This document shows positions 1 to 8,530 of a stretch of 64,000 nucleotides of DNA, one piece after another. The DNA lies in contig JBKOZO010000084.1 in assembly GCA_046725935.1 (NCBI GenBank), forward strand, positions 13,204 to 77,203. The letters are read 5' to 3'. Within the stretch, counting starts at the first letter, position 1. Each line of letters starts with the position of its first letter. The position numbers were made by a program, and so were the translations under genes. The notes beneath the pieces are model-generated. The model was given only the letters and a program-made list of their open reading frames with translations, ran no database searches and was not told the origin of the DNA. This DNA is from Acidobacteriota bacterium (lineage in GTDB: Bacteria; Acidobacteriota; Thermoanaerobaculia; UBA5066; Gp7-AA6).

Positions 1-236
1 ACGACATGCGGCCGCGGCGGCAGAACCCAGTGGCCGGGCACCCAGACGTATGCCGTCCCGTTCCAGCGGTGGAAACCTCCAATCCAGACATAGTTCGGAC
101 CCGGCGCCACGACCTTCACTTCCACCGGAGGCGCCGGCGGCGCCACCTTGACGTAGACCCGCGTGCCAGCGAGCGCCGGCGCAGCGAAGAGACCCGCGGC
201 GAGGAAAAGGCCCGCGAACGTCGACCACCGCCTCAT
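1..236 (-). CDS. YXWGXW-repeat exported protein, N-terminal part only (gene runs off the left edge)
   Basis: Own minus-strand translation from ATG 236-234: MRRWSTFAGLFLAAGLFAAPALAGTRVYVKVAPPAPPVEVKVVAPGPNYVWIGGFHRWNGTAYVWVPGHWVLPPRPH... It has a Sec-type signal peptide and Y-x-W-x-G-x-W style repeats. GGAGG lies 6 nt upstream. It is not in the ORF track because no stop lies inside the window. Confidence 0.6.
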   Translation of the reverse strand, partial: MRRWSTFAGLFLAAGLFAAPALAGTRVYVKVAPPAPPVEVKVVAPGPNYVWIGGFHRWNGTAYVWVPGHWVLPPRPHV

Positions 237-285
237 CAGCTACCTCCTCGGATTCGACGAGCGCCGCTTCGGCCCGGTTGACGCG

Positions 286-1281
286 TCAGATCTCGTGCTG
301 AAGCACCCGCCGGAGCGTGGCGGCGTCGATGTTGCCCCCGGACAGGATGACAGCAACCTTCTTGCCAGAAAGGGTATCGCGCAGGCGCAGGAGTCCAGCC
401 AGGCCGGCGGCGCCCGCGCCCTCGGCCAGGTTGTGCGTCGTGCGCAGGAGCAGCCGCACGGCTTCGGCGATCTCCGCCTCCTCGACGAGAACGAAACCGG
501 CCAGCCCTTCGCAGAGCGCGTCGAAGGTCATCGCGTACACGCTGCGTGTCGCGAGGCCATCCGCGAAAGTGTCGGCGCTCGCGCCTTCGACAGCGTGTCC
601 GGCGTGGAACGAGTCGTGCGCGGAGCGAGCCCGCGCCGCCTGCACGGCGTAGACCCGAAGCGTGGGCTTGAGAGCTCGGGCGACGGTCAACGCGCCCACC
701 GCCTGGGAACCGCCCCCGACGGCGACCACGATCGCGTCGAGGTCGGGGCGTTCGGAGAGGATCTCGAAGGCGAGCGTCCCGGCCCCGGCGATGACGTTCC
801 GGTCGTTGGTCGAGTGGACCAGCCGCATCCCGCGTTCGGCGACGAAGCGCTGGGCCACCTTGACGGACTCGTCGTAGTCCGCGCCTTCCTCGACGAGTGT
901 GGCGCCGTAGCCCCGCATCCCCTCGTTCTTCTCGGGGTTGTTTCCCCTCGGGACGCAGACGGTGATCGGGATGCCGAGAGCGGCGCCCACGAACGCGACG
1001 CCCAGTCCGTGATTGCCGCGCGTGGCCGCGACGACGCCCCGGCGCCGCTCGTCCGGAGACAGGCGCGTCAACGCCGAACAGGCGTTTCGCACCTTGAAGG
1101 AGTTGGTCGGGGCCTGGTTCTCGTGCTTGACCCACACCTCGATGCCGCCGCCGACCGCCGCGTCCAGCGGCGCGTACCTCCGCAGCGGCGTCGGCGCGAC
1201 CCAGGGCCGGATCCGCTTCTGCGCCGCCAGAACGTCCTCGAACCGGATCGGCCACGCCGCGCTGCGCTCGACCTCGCCCAT
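286..1281 (-). CDS. PLP-dependent threonine/serine dehydratase family enzyme
   Basis: 331-aa ORF. PLP-lysine motif TNSFKVRNA, glycine loop VAVGGGSQAVG, C-terminal SGGNID; typical tryptophan-synthase-beta-like fold II enzyme. Confidence 0.85.
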   Translation of the reverse strand: MGEVERSAAWPIRFEDVLAAQKRIRPWVAPTPLRRYAPLDAAVGGGIEVWVKHENQAPTNSFKVRNACSALTRLSPDERRRGVVAATRGNHGLGVAFVGAALGIPITVCVPRGNNPEKNEGMRGYGATLVEEGADYDESVKVAQRFVAERGMRLVHSTNDRNVIAGAGTLAFEILSERPDLDAIVVAVGGGSQAVGALTVARALKPTLRVYAVQAARARSAHDSFHAGHAVEGASADTFADGLATRSVYAMTFDALCEGLAGFVLVEEAEIAEAVRLLLRTTHNLAEGAGAAGLAGLLRLRDTLSGKKVAVILSGGNIDAATLRRVLQHEI

Positions 1282-1286
1282 GAACC

Positions 1287-2246
1287 GTGAAAATATCCGG
1301 GCTCGAGATGCCCCCCAAGCGGAAAAAGAAGGTCGAGCCCAAGTCGCGCGGCCTCTCCCCTTCCGACATCGGCGCGGGAGATCCGTCCGCGGCCGCTGCG
1401 GGCCTCGCGGGGTCGATCGAGAAGGACGGCGGCGCGGCGCTGGCGGTCTACCGCGATCCTCTCGGCGGACACTGGCAGGTTCTCGCCTCGCTTCCGATCG
1501 ATCTCGTCGAGCCCACGCCCTTCCAGCGCGATCTCTCCGACGCCCACGTCAAGCGCCTGACGGCGGTGCTCGAGGCGCTGGACCGCTTCCTCGATCCCAT
1601 CATCGCGGTGCGGAGCGAGGACGGGCGGTACTGGACGCCCAACGGCAGCCATCGGCTGGCGTCGCTGAAGAAACTCGGCGCGAAGTCCGTCGTGGCCCTC
1701 GTCCTGCCCGAGCCCGAGATCGCCTACAAGATCCTCGCCCTCAACACCGAGAAGGCGCACAACCTGCGCGAGAAGTCCCTGGAAGTCGTGCGGATGGCGC
1801 GCGACCTCGCCACCAAGGATTCGCTCGCCGAGAAAGACTACGCGCTCGAGTTCGAGGAGGCCGCGTTCCTGACTCTCGGGATGTGCTACGAGAAGAACGG
1901 GCGCTTCGCGGGCGGCGCGTACCATCCCGTCTTGAAGCGCGTGGACACGTTTCTCGCCAAGCCCCTCGCGGCCGCGCTCGAGGTCCGCGCGAAGCGGGCC
2001 GAGCGCCTCGGCGAGCTCGAGGACGCCGTGTCCGAAGCCATGGCCGCTTTGAAGGCGCGAGGCTTCGAGAGCCCCTATCTGCGCGCGTTCGTCGTGGCGC
2101 GGATCAATCCGCTGCGGTTCCAGCGCGGGGCGAAGGCCGAGTTCGACGAGACGATCGACAAGATGCTCGCGTCCGCGAAGAAGTTCAAGGCGGACTCCGT
2201 CAAGCCCGAGCAGCTCGCCCGGGCCGGCGGAGCTTCGGAGGAGTGA
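1287..2246 (+). CDS. ParB/Srx-fold (ParB N-terminal domain) protein with Lys-rich N-terminus
   Basis: 319-aa ORF (GTG 1287; ATG 1308 is an alternative). ParB/sulfiredoxin-like core FQRDLSDAHVKRLTAVLEALDRFLDPIIAVRSEDGRYWTPNGSHRLASLKKLG. Basic tail PPKRKKKVEPKSRG. Its stop lies 1 nt before the next start. Confidence 0.7.
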   Translation: MKISGLEMPPKRKKKVEPKSRGLSPSDIGAGDPSAAAAGLAGSIEKDGGAALAVYRDPLGGHWQVLASLPIDLVEPTPFQRDLSDAHVKRLTAVLEALDRFLDPIIAVRSEDGRYWTPNGSHRLASLKKLGAKSVVALVLPEPEIAYKILALNTEKAHNLREKSLEVVRMARDLATKDSLAEKDYALEFEEAAFLTLGMCYEKNGRFAGGAYHPVLKRVDTFLAKPLAAALEVRAKRAERLGELEDAVSEAMAALKARGFESPYLRAFVVARINPLRFQRGAKAEFDETIDKMLASAKKFKADSVKPEQLARAGGASEE

Positions 2247-2247
2247 G

Positions 2248-3051
2248 ATGCGCAATCGCTGGATCGTCGCCGCCTTCCTCGCGTGCGCGCCGGTCGCCGC
2301 GGTCGCGAGCCCCGGCGCTCCCGACCTCGCGACCGCGAAGGTCGTGGACTTGACCCACACCTTCGACAAGACCACGATCTACTGGCCGACTTCGCCGTCG
2401 GCGTTCGAGCTCAAGTCCCTGGCCGACGGCCAGACGCCCGGAGGCTGGTTCTACCGGTCCAACGCGTTCTGCACGCCCGAGCACGGCGGCACGCATCTGG
2501 ACGCGCCGAGCCACTTCGCGAAGGAGGGCCGATCCGCCGACCAGATCCCGGTGCGGCAGCTCATCGGCCCGGCCGCCGTCCTGGACGTCCGCGCGGCATC
2601 CGCGAAGGACCCGGATTATCGGCTCACGCTGGACGACGTGAAGGCCTGGGAGAAGAGGCACGGCCCGATCCCCGCCGGCGCGATCGTCCTGCTTCGAACG
2701 GGATGGAGCACACGCTGGCCCGACCGCAAGAAGTACCTCGGCGATGACACTCCGGGGGACGCGTCGAAGCTCCATTTCCCGTCCTACGGACAGAAGGCGG
2801 CCGAGTATCTCGTGCGCGACCGCAAGGTCTCCGCGATCGGCGTCGACACCGCTTCGATCGACTACGGCGCGTCGAAGGACTTCCTCGTGCACGTCGTCGC
2901 CAACGGCGCCAACGTGCCGGGACTCGAGAACCTGGACCATCTCGAGGAGCTGCCGGAATGGGGAGCCTGGGTGGTCGCGCTGCCGATGAAGATCGGCGGG
3001 GGCTCGGGCGGCCCGCTGCGCATCGTCGCGCTGCTGCCGTCGGCCCCGTGA
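2248..3051 (+). CDS. Cyclase / kynurenine-formamidase-family hydrolase, predicted exported
   Basis: 267 aa. Family motifs THTFD, EHGGTHLDAPSHF, LHFPSY, VVALPMKIGGGSGGP. The N-terminus MRNRWIVAAFLACAPVAAVASPG looks like a Sec or lipoprotein signal. Confidence 0.8.
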   Translation: MRNRWIVAAFLACAPVAAVASPGAPDLATAKVVDLTHTFDKTTIYWPTSPSAFELKSLADGQTPGGWFYRSNAFCTPEHGGTHLDAPSHFAKEGRSADQIPVRQLIGPAAVLDVRAASAKDPDYRLTLDDVKAWEKRHGPIPAGAIVLLRTGWSTRWPDRKKYLGDDTPGDASKLHFPSYGQKAAEYLVRDRKVSAIGVDTASIDYGASKDFLVHVVANGANVPGLENLDHLEELPEWGAWVVALPMKIGGGSGGPLRIVALLPSAP

Positions 3052-4094
3052 TCGCGCCGCCGCACCCCTTCGGTCTCCACCGGTCACTCGATCCCTTGGG
3101 CGTCCTTCCGCAGGCCGCGCGGCGGCTCGACGCCACGCCCCGGGCGCTGGAGAACGAGATCGCGGTGTCGGTGCGCGCGCTCTCGATCGACTCGGCGTCC
3201 TTCCGGCAGCTCCGCGAGACCGAGGCCGCGACGGGCGAGCCCGTCGGCGGCCAGATCGCCCGCATCGTGAAAGAGCGCGGCAAGATGCAGAACCCGGTGA
3301 CCGGCTCCGGCGGGATGCTCCTGGGCGAGATCGCCGAGGTCGGCGCCGGCCACCCCGCGGCCGGGACGCTGTCGCGCGGCGATCGCGTCGCGTCTCTGGT
3401 CTCCCTGACGCTGACTCCCCTTCACCTCGATACCGTGGGCGCCGTCCACGTCGAGACCGAGCGCGTCGAAGTTTCGGGGACGGCGATTCTCTTCGCGCGC
3501 ACGCTCTTCGCGCACCTGCCGGCGGATTTTCCCGAGGGCGTCGCCCTGGCCGCGTTCGACGTCGCGGGAGCCCCCGCGGCCGTCCTGCGCGACGCCCGGC
3601 CCGGCCAGACGGTCCTCGTCGTCGGCACCGGGAAGGCGGGCCTGCTGTGTCTGGCGGCGGCACGCGAGGCGGTCGGACCGCAGGGCCGCGTGCTCGCCGT
3701 CGAGCCTTCTCCGCGCGCCGCCGAGCGCGCGCGCGTTCTGGGCTTCGCCGACGAGGTGTTCGCGATCGACGCCCGCGATCCGGTGGCGATGCTCTCGGCC
3801 GTCGAGGCTGCGACATCCGGAGTGCTCGCCGATCTCGTCGTCAACGTGGCCAATGCGCCGGGGACCGAAGCCGCCAGCGTGCTCTGTGCCCGCGACGACG
3901 GCGCCGTCCTGTACTTCGGCATGGCGACGTCGTTCTCGGCCGCCGCGCTCGGCGCCGAGGGGCTCGCCAAGCCGACACGGTTGTGGATCGGCAACGGCTT
4001 CGTGCCCGGCCACGACGAGACGGCATTGGCGCTTCTGCGCCGCCATCCCTCCCTCTCGGCCGCGTTCGCGTCGCTCGCGGGGCCCGCGCGGTGA
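3048..4094 (+). CDS. kdd: L-erythro-3,5-diaminohexanoate dehydrogenase
   Basis: In-frame GTG 3048 overlaps the upstream stop (GTGA). N-terminal HRSLDPLGVLPQAARRLD, SIDSASFRQL and the Rossmann motif VLVVGTGKAGLL match Kdd as I remember it. It sits in kamDE/kal/kce context. Confidence 0.85.
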   Translation: MIAPPHPFGLHRSLDPLGVLPQAARRLDATPRALENEIAVSVRALSIDSASFRQLRETEAATGEPVGGQIARIVKERGKMQNPVTGSGGMLLGEIAEVGAGHPAAGTLSRGDRVASLVSLTLTPLHLDTVGAVHVETERVEVSGTAILFARTLFAHLPADFPEGVALAAFDVAGAPAAVLRDARPGQTVLVVGTGKAGLLCLAAAREAVGPQGRVLAVEPSPRAAERARVLGFADEVFAIDARDPVAMLSAVEAATSGVLADLVVNVANAPGTEAASVLCARDDGAVLYFGMATSFSAAALGAEGLAKPTRLWIGNGFVPGHDETALALLRRHPSLSAAFASLAGPAR

Positions 4095-4996
4095 GCGCCG
4101 CCGGGTCGCTGGCCGCGCGTCTGCGCGCGTCCGGAGCCCGTCGCGTCGCGTTCCTCGGTCTCGCCAAGAACGTCGGAAAGACCACGGCCCTGGTCTCCGT
4201 GCTGGCCGAGCTTCACCGGATGGGCGTGGCCGCGGGGACGACCTCGGCTGGACGCGACGGGGAGGCCTTCGACGCCATCACCGGAGAACCGAAGCCGCGC
4301 TTCCGGGTATGGCCGGGGCAGCTCCTGGCCTCCGCCGCGTCCACGTTCGCCGCCGCGTCGTTCCCCTCGACCGAGGTCGCCACACTTTCCTTCCCCACCC
4401 GGTTCGGCCCGGTCCAGCTTCGCCGCTCCGACGGAGAGGGAGAGATCGAGTTGATCGGACCCTCGACGGCCGCGCAGATGGACCGATCGGCCGCGGCCCT
4501 CGAGGCGGCCGGCGCCGAGATCCTGCTCCTCGACGGCGCGATCGGCCGGCGCGCTTTCGCGGGGGCTCGCGTCGCCGACGCCGTGGTCCTCTGCGTGGGA
4601 ATGGCGGCCGGAGCGAAGATCGATGCGGTCCTCGCCGCGACGCGCGGGGCGCTGGAGCTGCTGAGGCTGAAGGCTCCGCGCGAGGACGCGGCGATCGCGC
4701 CCCGCGAAGGCGCCGTCACCGGCGTTTCGCTCGCCGAGCGTCCGCCGTCGCCCGGCGAGACGCTCGTGGCCGAGGACTTCACGTCGATCTTTCTGACGCC
4801 GGAGGAGCGCCGCGCCTTGCGCGACCGGGGCGTCTCGCTGGCCGTCCGGAAGCCCGCCCGTCTGCTGGCCGTGACCGCCAACCCCACGGCTCCGGCGCGG
4901 CCTCCGGTCCCCGCCGAGCGCTTCTTCGAAGCGCTCGTTCGCGAAGCGGCCGGAACTCCCGTCTACGATCTCGAGGCTGACCTCGAGTCACGCTGA
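4091..4996 (+). CDS. Uncharacterised P-loop-like NTPase embedded between kdd and kamD
   Basis: GTG 4091 overlaps the kdd stop (GTGA). 301 aa. Walker-A-like FLGLAKNVGKTTAL near the N-terminus. No further family recognised. Confidence 0.6.
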   Translation: MSAAGSLAARLRASGARRVAFLGLAKNVGKTTALVSVLAELHRMGVAAGTTSAGRDGEAFDAITGEPKPRFRVWPGQLLASAASTFAAASFPSTEVATLSFPTRFGPVQLRRSDGEGEIELIGPSTAAQMDRSAAALEAAGAEILLLDGAIGRRAFAGARVADAVVLCVGMAAGAKIDAVLAATRGALELLRLKAPREDAAIAPREGAVTGVSLAERPPSPGETLVAEDFTSIFLTPEERRALRDRGVSLAVRKPARLLAVTANPTAPARPPVPAERFFEALVREAAGTPVYDLEADLESR

Positions 4997-5023
4997 GGCG
5001 CCTCTCGTATACTTTTCGCGCCC

Positions 5024-6577
5024 ATGTCCGGAAAACTCGACCTGCCCGCCGCCGAGATCGAGCGCTGCCGGGCGCTGGCGCGGACGGTCGCGGAGGGCGT
5101 GCGGGCCGAGACCGAGCAGTACACCACAGTCTCCACGGAACGGACGGTGCTGCGCCTTCTCGGCGTGGACGGCGTCGATGCCGACGAGGTGCCGATTCCC
5201 AACCGCGCCGTCGACGCCCTGCAGCAGGCCGGCCGGTTGTCGCGAGGCGCGGCCGTATGGATGGGCAGCGCGATGGCGGGCGGCGCGGCCGATCCCTCGG
5301 ACGCCGCGCGGCGCCTGATCGAGTCCGGCGGCAGCCTTCTCGAGCACCCGCGCTGGCGCGACGCGATCGCTCCGCACGTCGAACGGGGGCTCGCGCGAAT
5401 ACGGAAGAATCGCGCCGAGCGCGAGCGCCGCCTGGCGGCTCATCCGGCGGAAGAGCTGCCGCTCCTGTACGCGATCGTGGCCACCGGAAACATCCACGAA
5501 GACGTGGTCCAGGCCGCGGCGGCGGCGCGCGCCGGCGCCCAGTGCATCGCCGTCATCCGCTCGACGGCGCAGTCTCTGCTGGATCACGTCCCCTACGGCG
5601 CGACGACCTCCGGTTTCGGCGGCACGTACGCGACACAGGAGAACTTCCGGCTGATGCGCGCGGCGCTCGACGCGCTGGAGCCCGAGCTCGGCCGCTACGT
5701 CCGGCTCGTCAACTACTGCTCGGGCCTCTGCATGCCCGAGATCGCGGCGATGGGCGCCTTCGAGCGTCTCGACATGATGTTGAACGACGCGCTCTACGGA
5801 ATCATCTTCCGCGACATCAATCCCCTCCGGACGCTCATCGATCAGAACTTCTCCCGCCGCATCAACGGGGTCGCCGGCGTGGTCATCAACACCGGAGAGG
5901 ACAACTACCTGACGACGGCCGACGCCGTCGAGCAGGCGCCGGCGGTGCTGGCGTCGCAGTTCATCAACGAGCGGCTCGCGAAAGACGCCGGGCTGGAGAC
6001 CTGGCAGATCGGGCTCGGCCACGCTTTCGAGATCGACCCGGAGCTCGAGGACGGGCTGCTCTACGAGATCGCCCAGGCCGAGGCCGCGCGGGAGATCTTC
6101 CCCGAAGCCCCCCTGAAGTACATGCCGCCGACCAAGCACATGACCGGGAACGTCTTTCGCGGCTATCAGCAGAACGCGCTCTTCGTGCTGACGTCGGTAG
6201 CCACCCGCCAGTCGATTCACCTTCTGGGCATGCTGACGGAGGCGCTCCACACGCCCTTCCTCCACGACCGCTGGCTCGCCATCGAGCAGGCGAAGACGAT
6301 CCGGACGAATGCCCGGCACCTCGCCGACGAGATCGCCTTCCGGCCCGACGGCCGGATCGTCCGTCGCGCGCGCGAGGTCCTCTCGGGCGCCGGGAGGATC
6401 CTCGAGCGCGTGGCCGAGCGGGGACTCTTCGCCGCCCTGGCCGACGGCGTCTTCGCGGACACCCGCCGGCCAAAGGACCGCGGCCGCGGCTTCGAGGGCG
6501 TGGTCCGCCGCGACGCCGACTACGCGAACCCGTTCATGGGGGCGTGGAGCGCGGCGCCCGCCGGGGCTCGCACGTGA
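5024..6577 (+). CDS. kamD: Beta-lysine (D-lysine) 5,6-aminomutase alpha subunit
   Basis: 517 aa. Long colinear identity blocks with Clostridium sticklandii KamD as recalled: [85 protein letters not shown]. Confidence 0.95.
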   Translation: MSGKLDLPAAEIERCRALARTVAEGVRAETEQYTTVSTERTVLRLLGVDGVDADEVPIPNRAVDALQQAGRLSRGAAVWMGSAMAGGAADPSDAARRLIESGGSLLEHPRWRDAIAPHVERGLARIRKNRAERERRLAAHPAEELPLLYAIVATGNIHEDVVQAAAAARAGAQCIAVIRSTAQSLLDHVPYGATTSGFGGTYATQENFRLMRAALDALEPELGRYVRLVNYCSGLCMPEIAAMGAFERLDMMLNDALYGIIFRDINPLRTLIDQNFSRRINGVAGVVINTGEDNYLTTADAVEQAPAVLASQFINERLAKDAGLETWQIGLGHAFEIDPELEDGLLYEIAQAEAAREIFPEAPLKYMPPTKHMTGNVFRGYQQNALFVLTSVATRQSIHLLGMLTEALHTPFLHDRWLAIEQAKTIRTNARHLADEIAFRPDGRIVRRAREVLSGAGRILERVAERGLFAALADGVFADTRRPKDRGRGFEGVVRRDADYANPFMGAWSAAPAGART

Positions 6578-7329
6578 CCTCGCCGCGAAGCGTTCGCCCG
6601 TACGGCGACAAGAAGAACGACGGCGCCGTCCAGCTCTCCTTCACGCTTCCCGTCGCCAAGTCCGCCGCCGCGGTCGAGGCCGCCAAGCGCTACGTATCCC
6701 AGATGGGAGTGCGCGAGCCCTACGTCACTCTGGCCGAGGCGATCGCTCCGGACTTCACGTACTTCGTGGTCTACGGGCGGGCGACGCACGACGTCGACCT
6801 CTCCGCCATCGCGGTCGAGGAGGCTCCCTCGAGGACGCTCGACCGCGAGGCGATCGACGCCGAGATCGCCCGGCGCTTCGGCCGGCGGCTGATCGTGCTC
6901 GGCTGCGCGCTGGAGTCCGACGCGCACACGGTCGGTCTCGACGCCATCTTCAACATGAAGGGCTTCGCCGGCGACTACGGCCTCGAGCGCTACCACGGGT
7001 TCGACGCCCGCAATCTCGGAGCGCAGGTGCCAGTCGCCGAGGTGGCTCGGCAGGTTCGCGTCGCGGGAGCGGACGCCGTGCTCGTCTCCGCCACGGTGAC
7101 GCAGAACGAGATCCACATCCGCCACATGACCGACCTCGTCGACATGCTGGAAGCCGAACGCCTGCGCGATCGCGTCGTCCTGGTCGCCGGCGGCGCCCGC
7201 GTGGACCATGCCCTCGCCAAGGAGCTCGGGTACGACGCCGGCTTCGGCCCAGGCACCACGGCCTCGCGCGTCGCCGCCTTCCTCCTCGAGGAGGTGTCGC
7301 GGCGGCACGGCGTCGGGACTCTCGCATGA
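6574..7329 (+). CDS. kamE: Beta-lysine 5,6-aminomutase beta subunit (B12-binding)
   Basis: GTG 6574 overlaps the kamD stop (GTGA). 251 aa. Cobalamin DxHxxG motif (SDAHTVGLD), followed by a Rossmann-like half ([12 protein letters not shown]...VVLVAGG). Confidence 0.9.
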   Translation: MTSPRSVRPYGDKKNDGAVQLSFTLPVAKSAAAVEAAKRYVSQMGVREPYVTLAEAIAPDFTYFVVYGRATHDVDLSAIAVEEAPSRTLDREAIDAEIARRFGRRLIVLGCALESDAHTVGLDAIFNMKGFAGDYGLERYHGFDARNLGAQVPVAEVARQVRVAGADAVLVSATVTQNEIHIRHMTDLVDMLEAERLRDRVVLVAGGARVDHALAKELGYDAGFGPGTTASRVAAFLLEEVSRRHGVGTLA

Positions 7330-7709
7330 GCGACCGCGTTCTCCTGCGCCTGCGCGTCGGAGCCGAACAGGCGCACTACGGCGGCGGGCTCGTGGACGGG
7401 GCGTTCGTCCTGAAGCTGTTCGGCGACGCCGCGACGGAGCTCCTGATCCGGCGCGACGGCGACGAGGGCCTCTTCCGCGCCTACTCCTCGGTCGATTTCC
7501 TGGCGCCGGTCCACGGCGGCGACTACCTCGAGGTCGAGGCGGAGCTGACGCGCGTCGGCAAGACGTCGCGGGAGTTGCGCTTCGAGGCGCGCAAGGTGAT
7601 CGCGCCGCTCGAGGGGTCGGCGGCCCGAGTCCTGGAGCCTCCCCAGGTCGTCGCGCGCGCGGTCGGCACGTGCGTCGTCCCGATCGAGAAGCAGCGGAGC
7701 CGAGGATGA
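7326..7709 (+). CDS. kal: 3-aminobutyryl-CoA ammonia-lyase (hot-dog fold)
   Basis: ATG 7326 (ATGA overlap with kamE). 127 aa, hot-dog-size protein. Its position between kamE and kce matches described lysine-fermentation clusters. Confidence 0.75.
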   Translation: MSDRVLLRLRVGAEQAHYGGGLVDGAFVLKLFGDAATELLIRRDGDEGLFRAYSSVDFLAPVHGGDYLEVEAELTRVGKTSRELRFEARKVIAPLEGSAARVLEPPQVVARAVGTCVVPIEKQRSRG

Positions 7710-8530
7710 GCGACGAGCTTCTGATCACCGTAGCCGGCGTGGGCGCCGAAGTGACCCGGGAGCAGCAGCCGAACCTTCCGCTCCTGCCGGACGAGGTCGG
7801 GGAGGAGTACCGCCGCGCGTACGACGCCGGCGCCACCATCGGCCACATCCACGGACGCCTCCCCGACGGACGGCCCACGCAGGACCGCGAGACTTTCCGC
7901 GCCTACGCCGCCGCGATCCGCCAGCGATGCCCGATCCTCCAACAGTTCTCCACCGGCGGCGCCGTCGGGATGACCGTCGAGGAACGGATCGAGGCCGTGG
8001 ACCTCAAGCCCGACATGGCGACGCTGACGCTGGGGACCTGCAACTTCGGCGACGACGTCTTCGAGAACTCGCTTCCGGCGATCCGGGCGATTCTGTCGCG
8101 GCTGCAGCAGCACGGCATCACCCCGGAGCTCGAGATCTTCGACGACGGCATGCTCGCCACCGCCGACGTGCTCTTCGCCAAGGGGTTACTTCAGCCCCCG
8201 GCGCACTTCGATTTCGTGCTGGGTGTGCCGGGCGCCGCGGCGGCCACCGCCGAGAACCTGAACCACTTCGCGCGCTCGATCCCCACCGGGTGCACCTGGA
8301 CGGTCGCCGGGATCGGGAGACGCCAGACCGCGATGGCGACGATGGCGATCGCGATGGGGGGGCACGTGCGCGTCGGCTTCGAAGACAACATCTACTACCG
8401 CAAGGGAGAGCTGGCCGACTCCAACGCCCGCTTCGTCGAACGCGTGGTGCGCATCGCCCGGGAGGTGGGACGGGAGCCCGCCTCGATCGCGCAGGCGCGC
8501 GCGATCCTGCGCCTCCCCGCCGCCGCTTGA
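7706..8530 (+). CDS. kce: 3-keto-5-aminohexanoate cleavage enzyme (BKACE/DUF849 family)
   Basis: ATG 7706 (ATGA overlap). 274 aa. BKACE TIM-barrel motifs [29 protein letters not shown]. Confidence 0.9.
   Translation: MSDELLITVAGVGAEVTREQQPNLPLLPDEVGEEYRRAYDAGATIGHIHGRLPDGRPTQDRETFRAYAAAIRQRCPILQQFSTGGAVGMTVEERIEAVDLKPDMATLTLGTCNFGDDVFENSLPAIRAILSRLQQHGITPELEIFDDGMLATADVLFAKGLLQPPAHFDFVLGVPGAAAATAENLNHFARSIPTGCTWTVAGIGRRQTAMATMAIAMGGHVRVGFEDNIYYRKGELADSNARFVERVVRIAREVGREPASIAQARAILRLPAAA

Noticed and set aside
1282-1307. Lysine (L-box) or cobalamin riboswitch upstream of the kam operon.
   Set aside because: Only 5-26 nt separate the divergent start codons, and every junction inside the operon is overlapping or at most 27 nt. 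There is no room for a riboswitch aptamer.
2200-3816. 538-aa minus-strand ORF, extremely Arg/Pro/Gly-rich. Similar long ORFs occur at 236..1369, 1068..2375, 3084..4046, 3422..4216, 4988..6319 and 6520..7878.
   Set aside because: They are antisense or out-of-frame shadows of well-supported plus-strand genes (cyclase, kdd, kamDE, kal/kce). The low-complexity RRRPRR composition is typical of spurious ORFs in GC-rich DNA, and no motifs are present.
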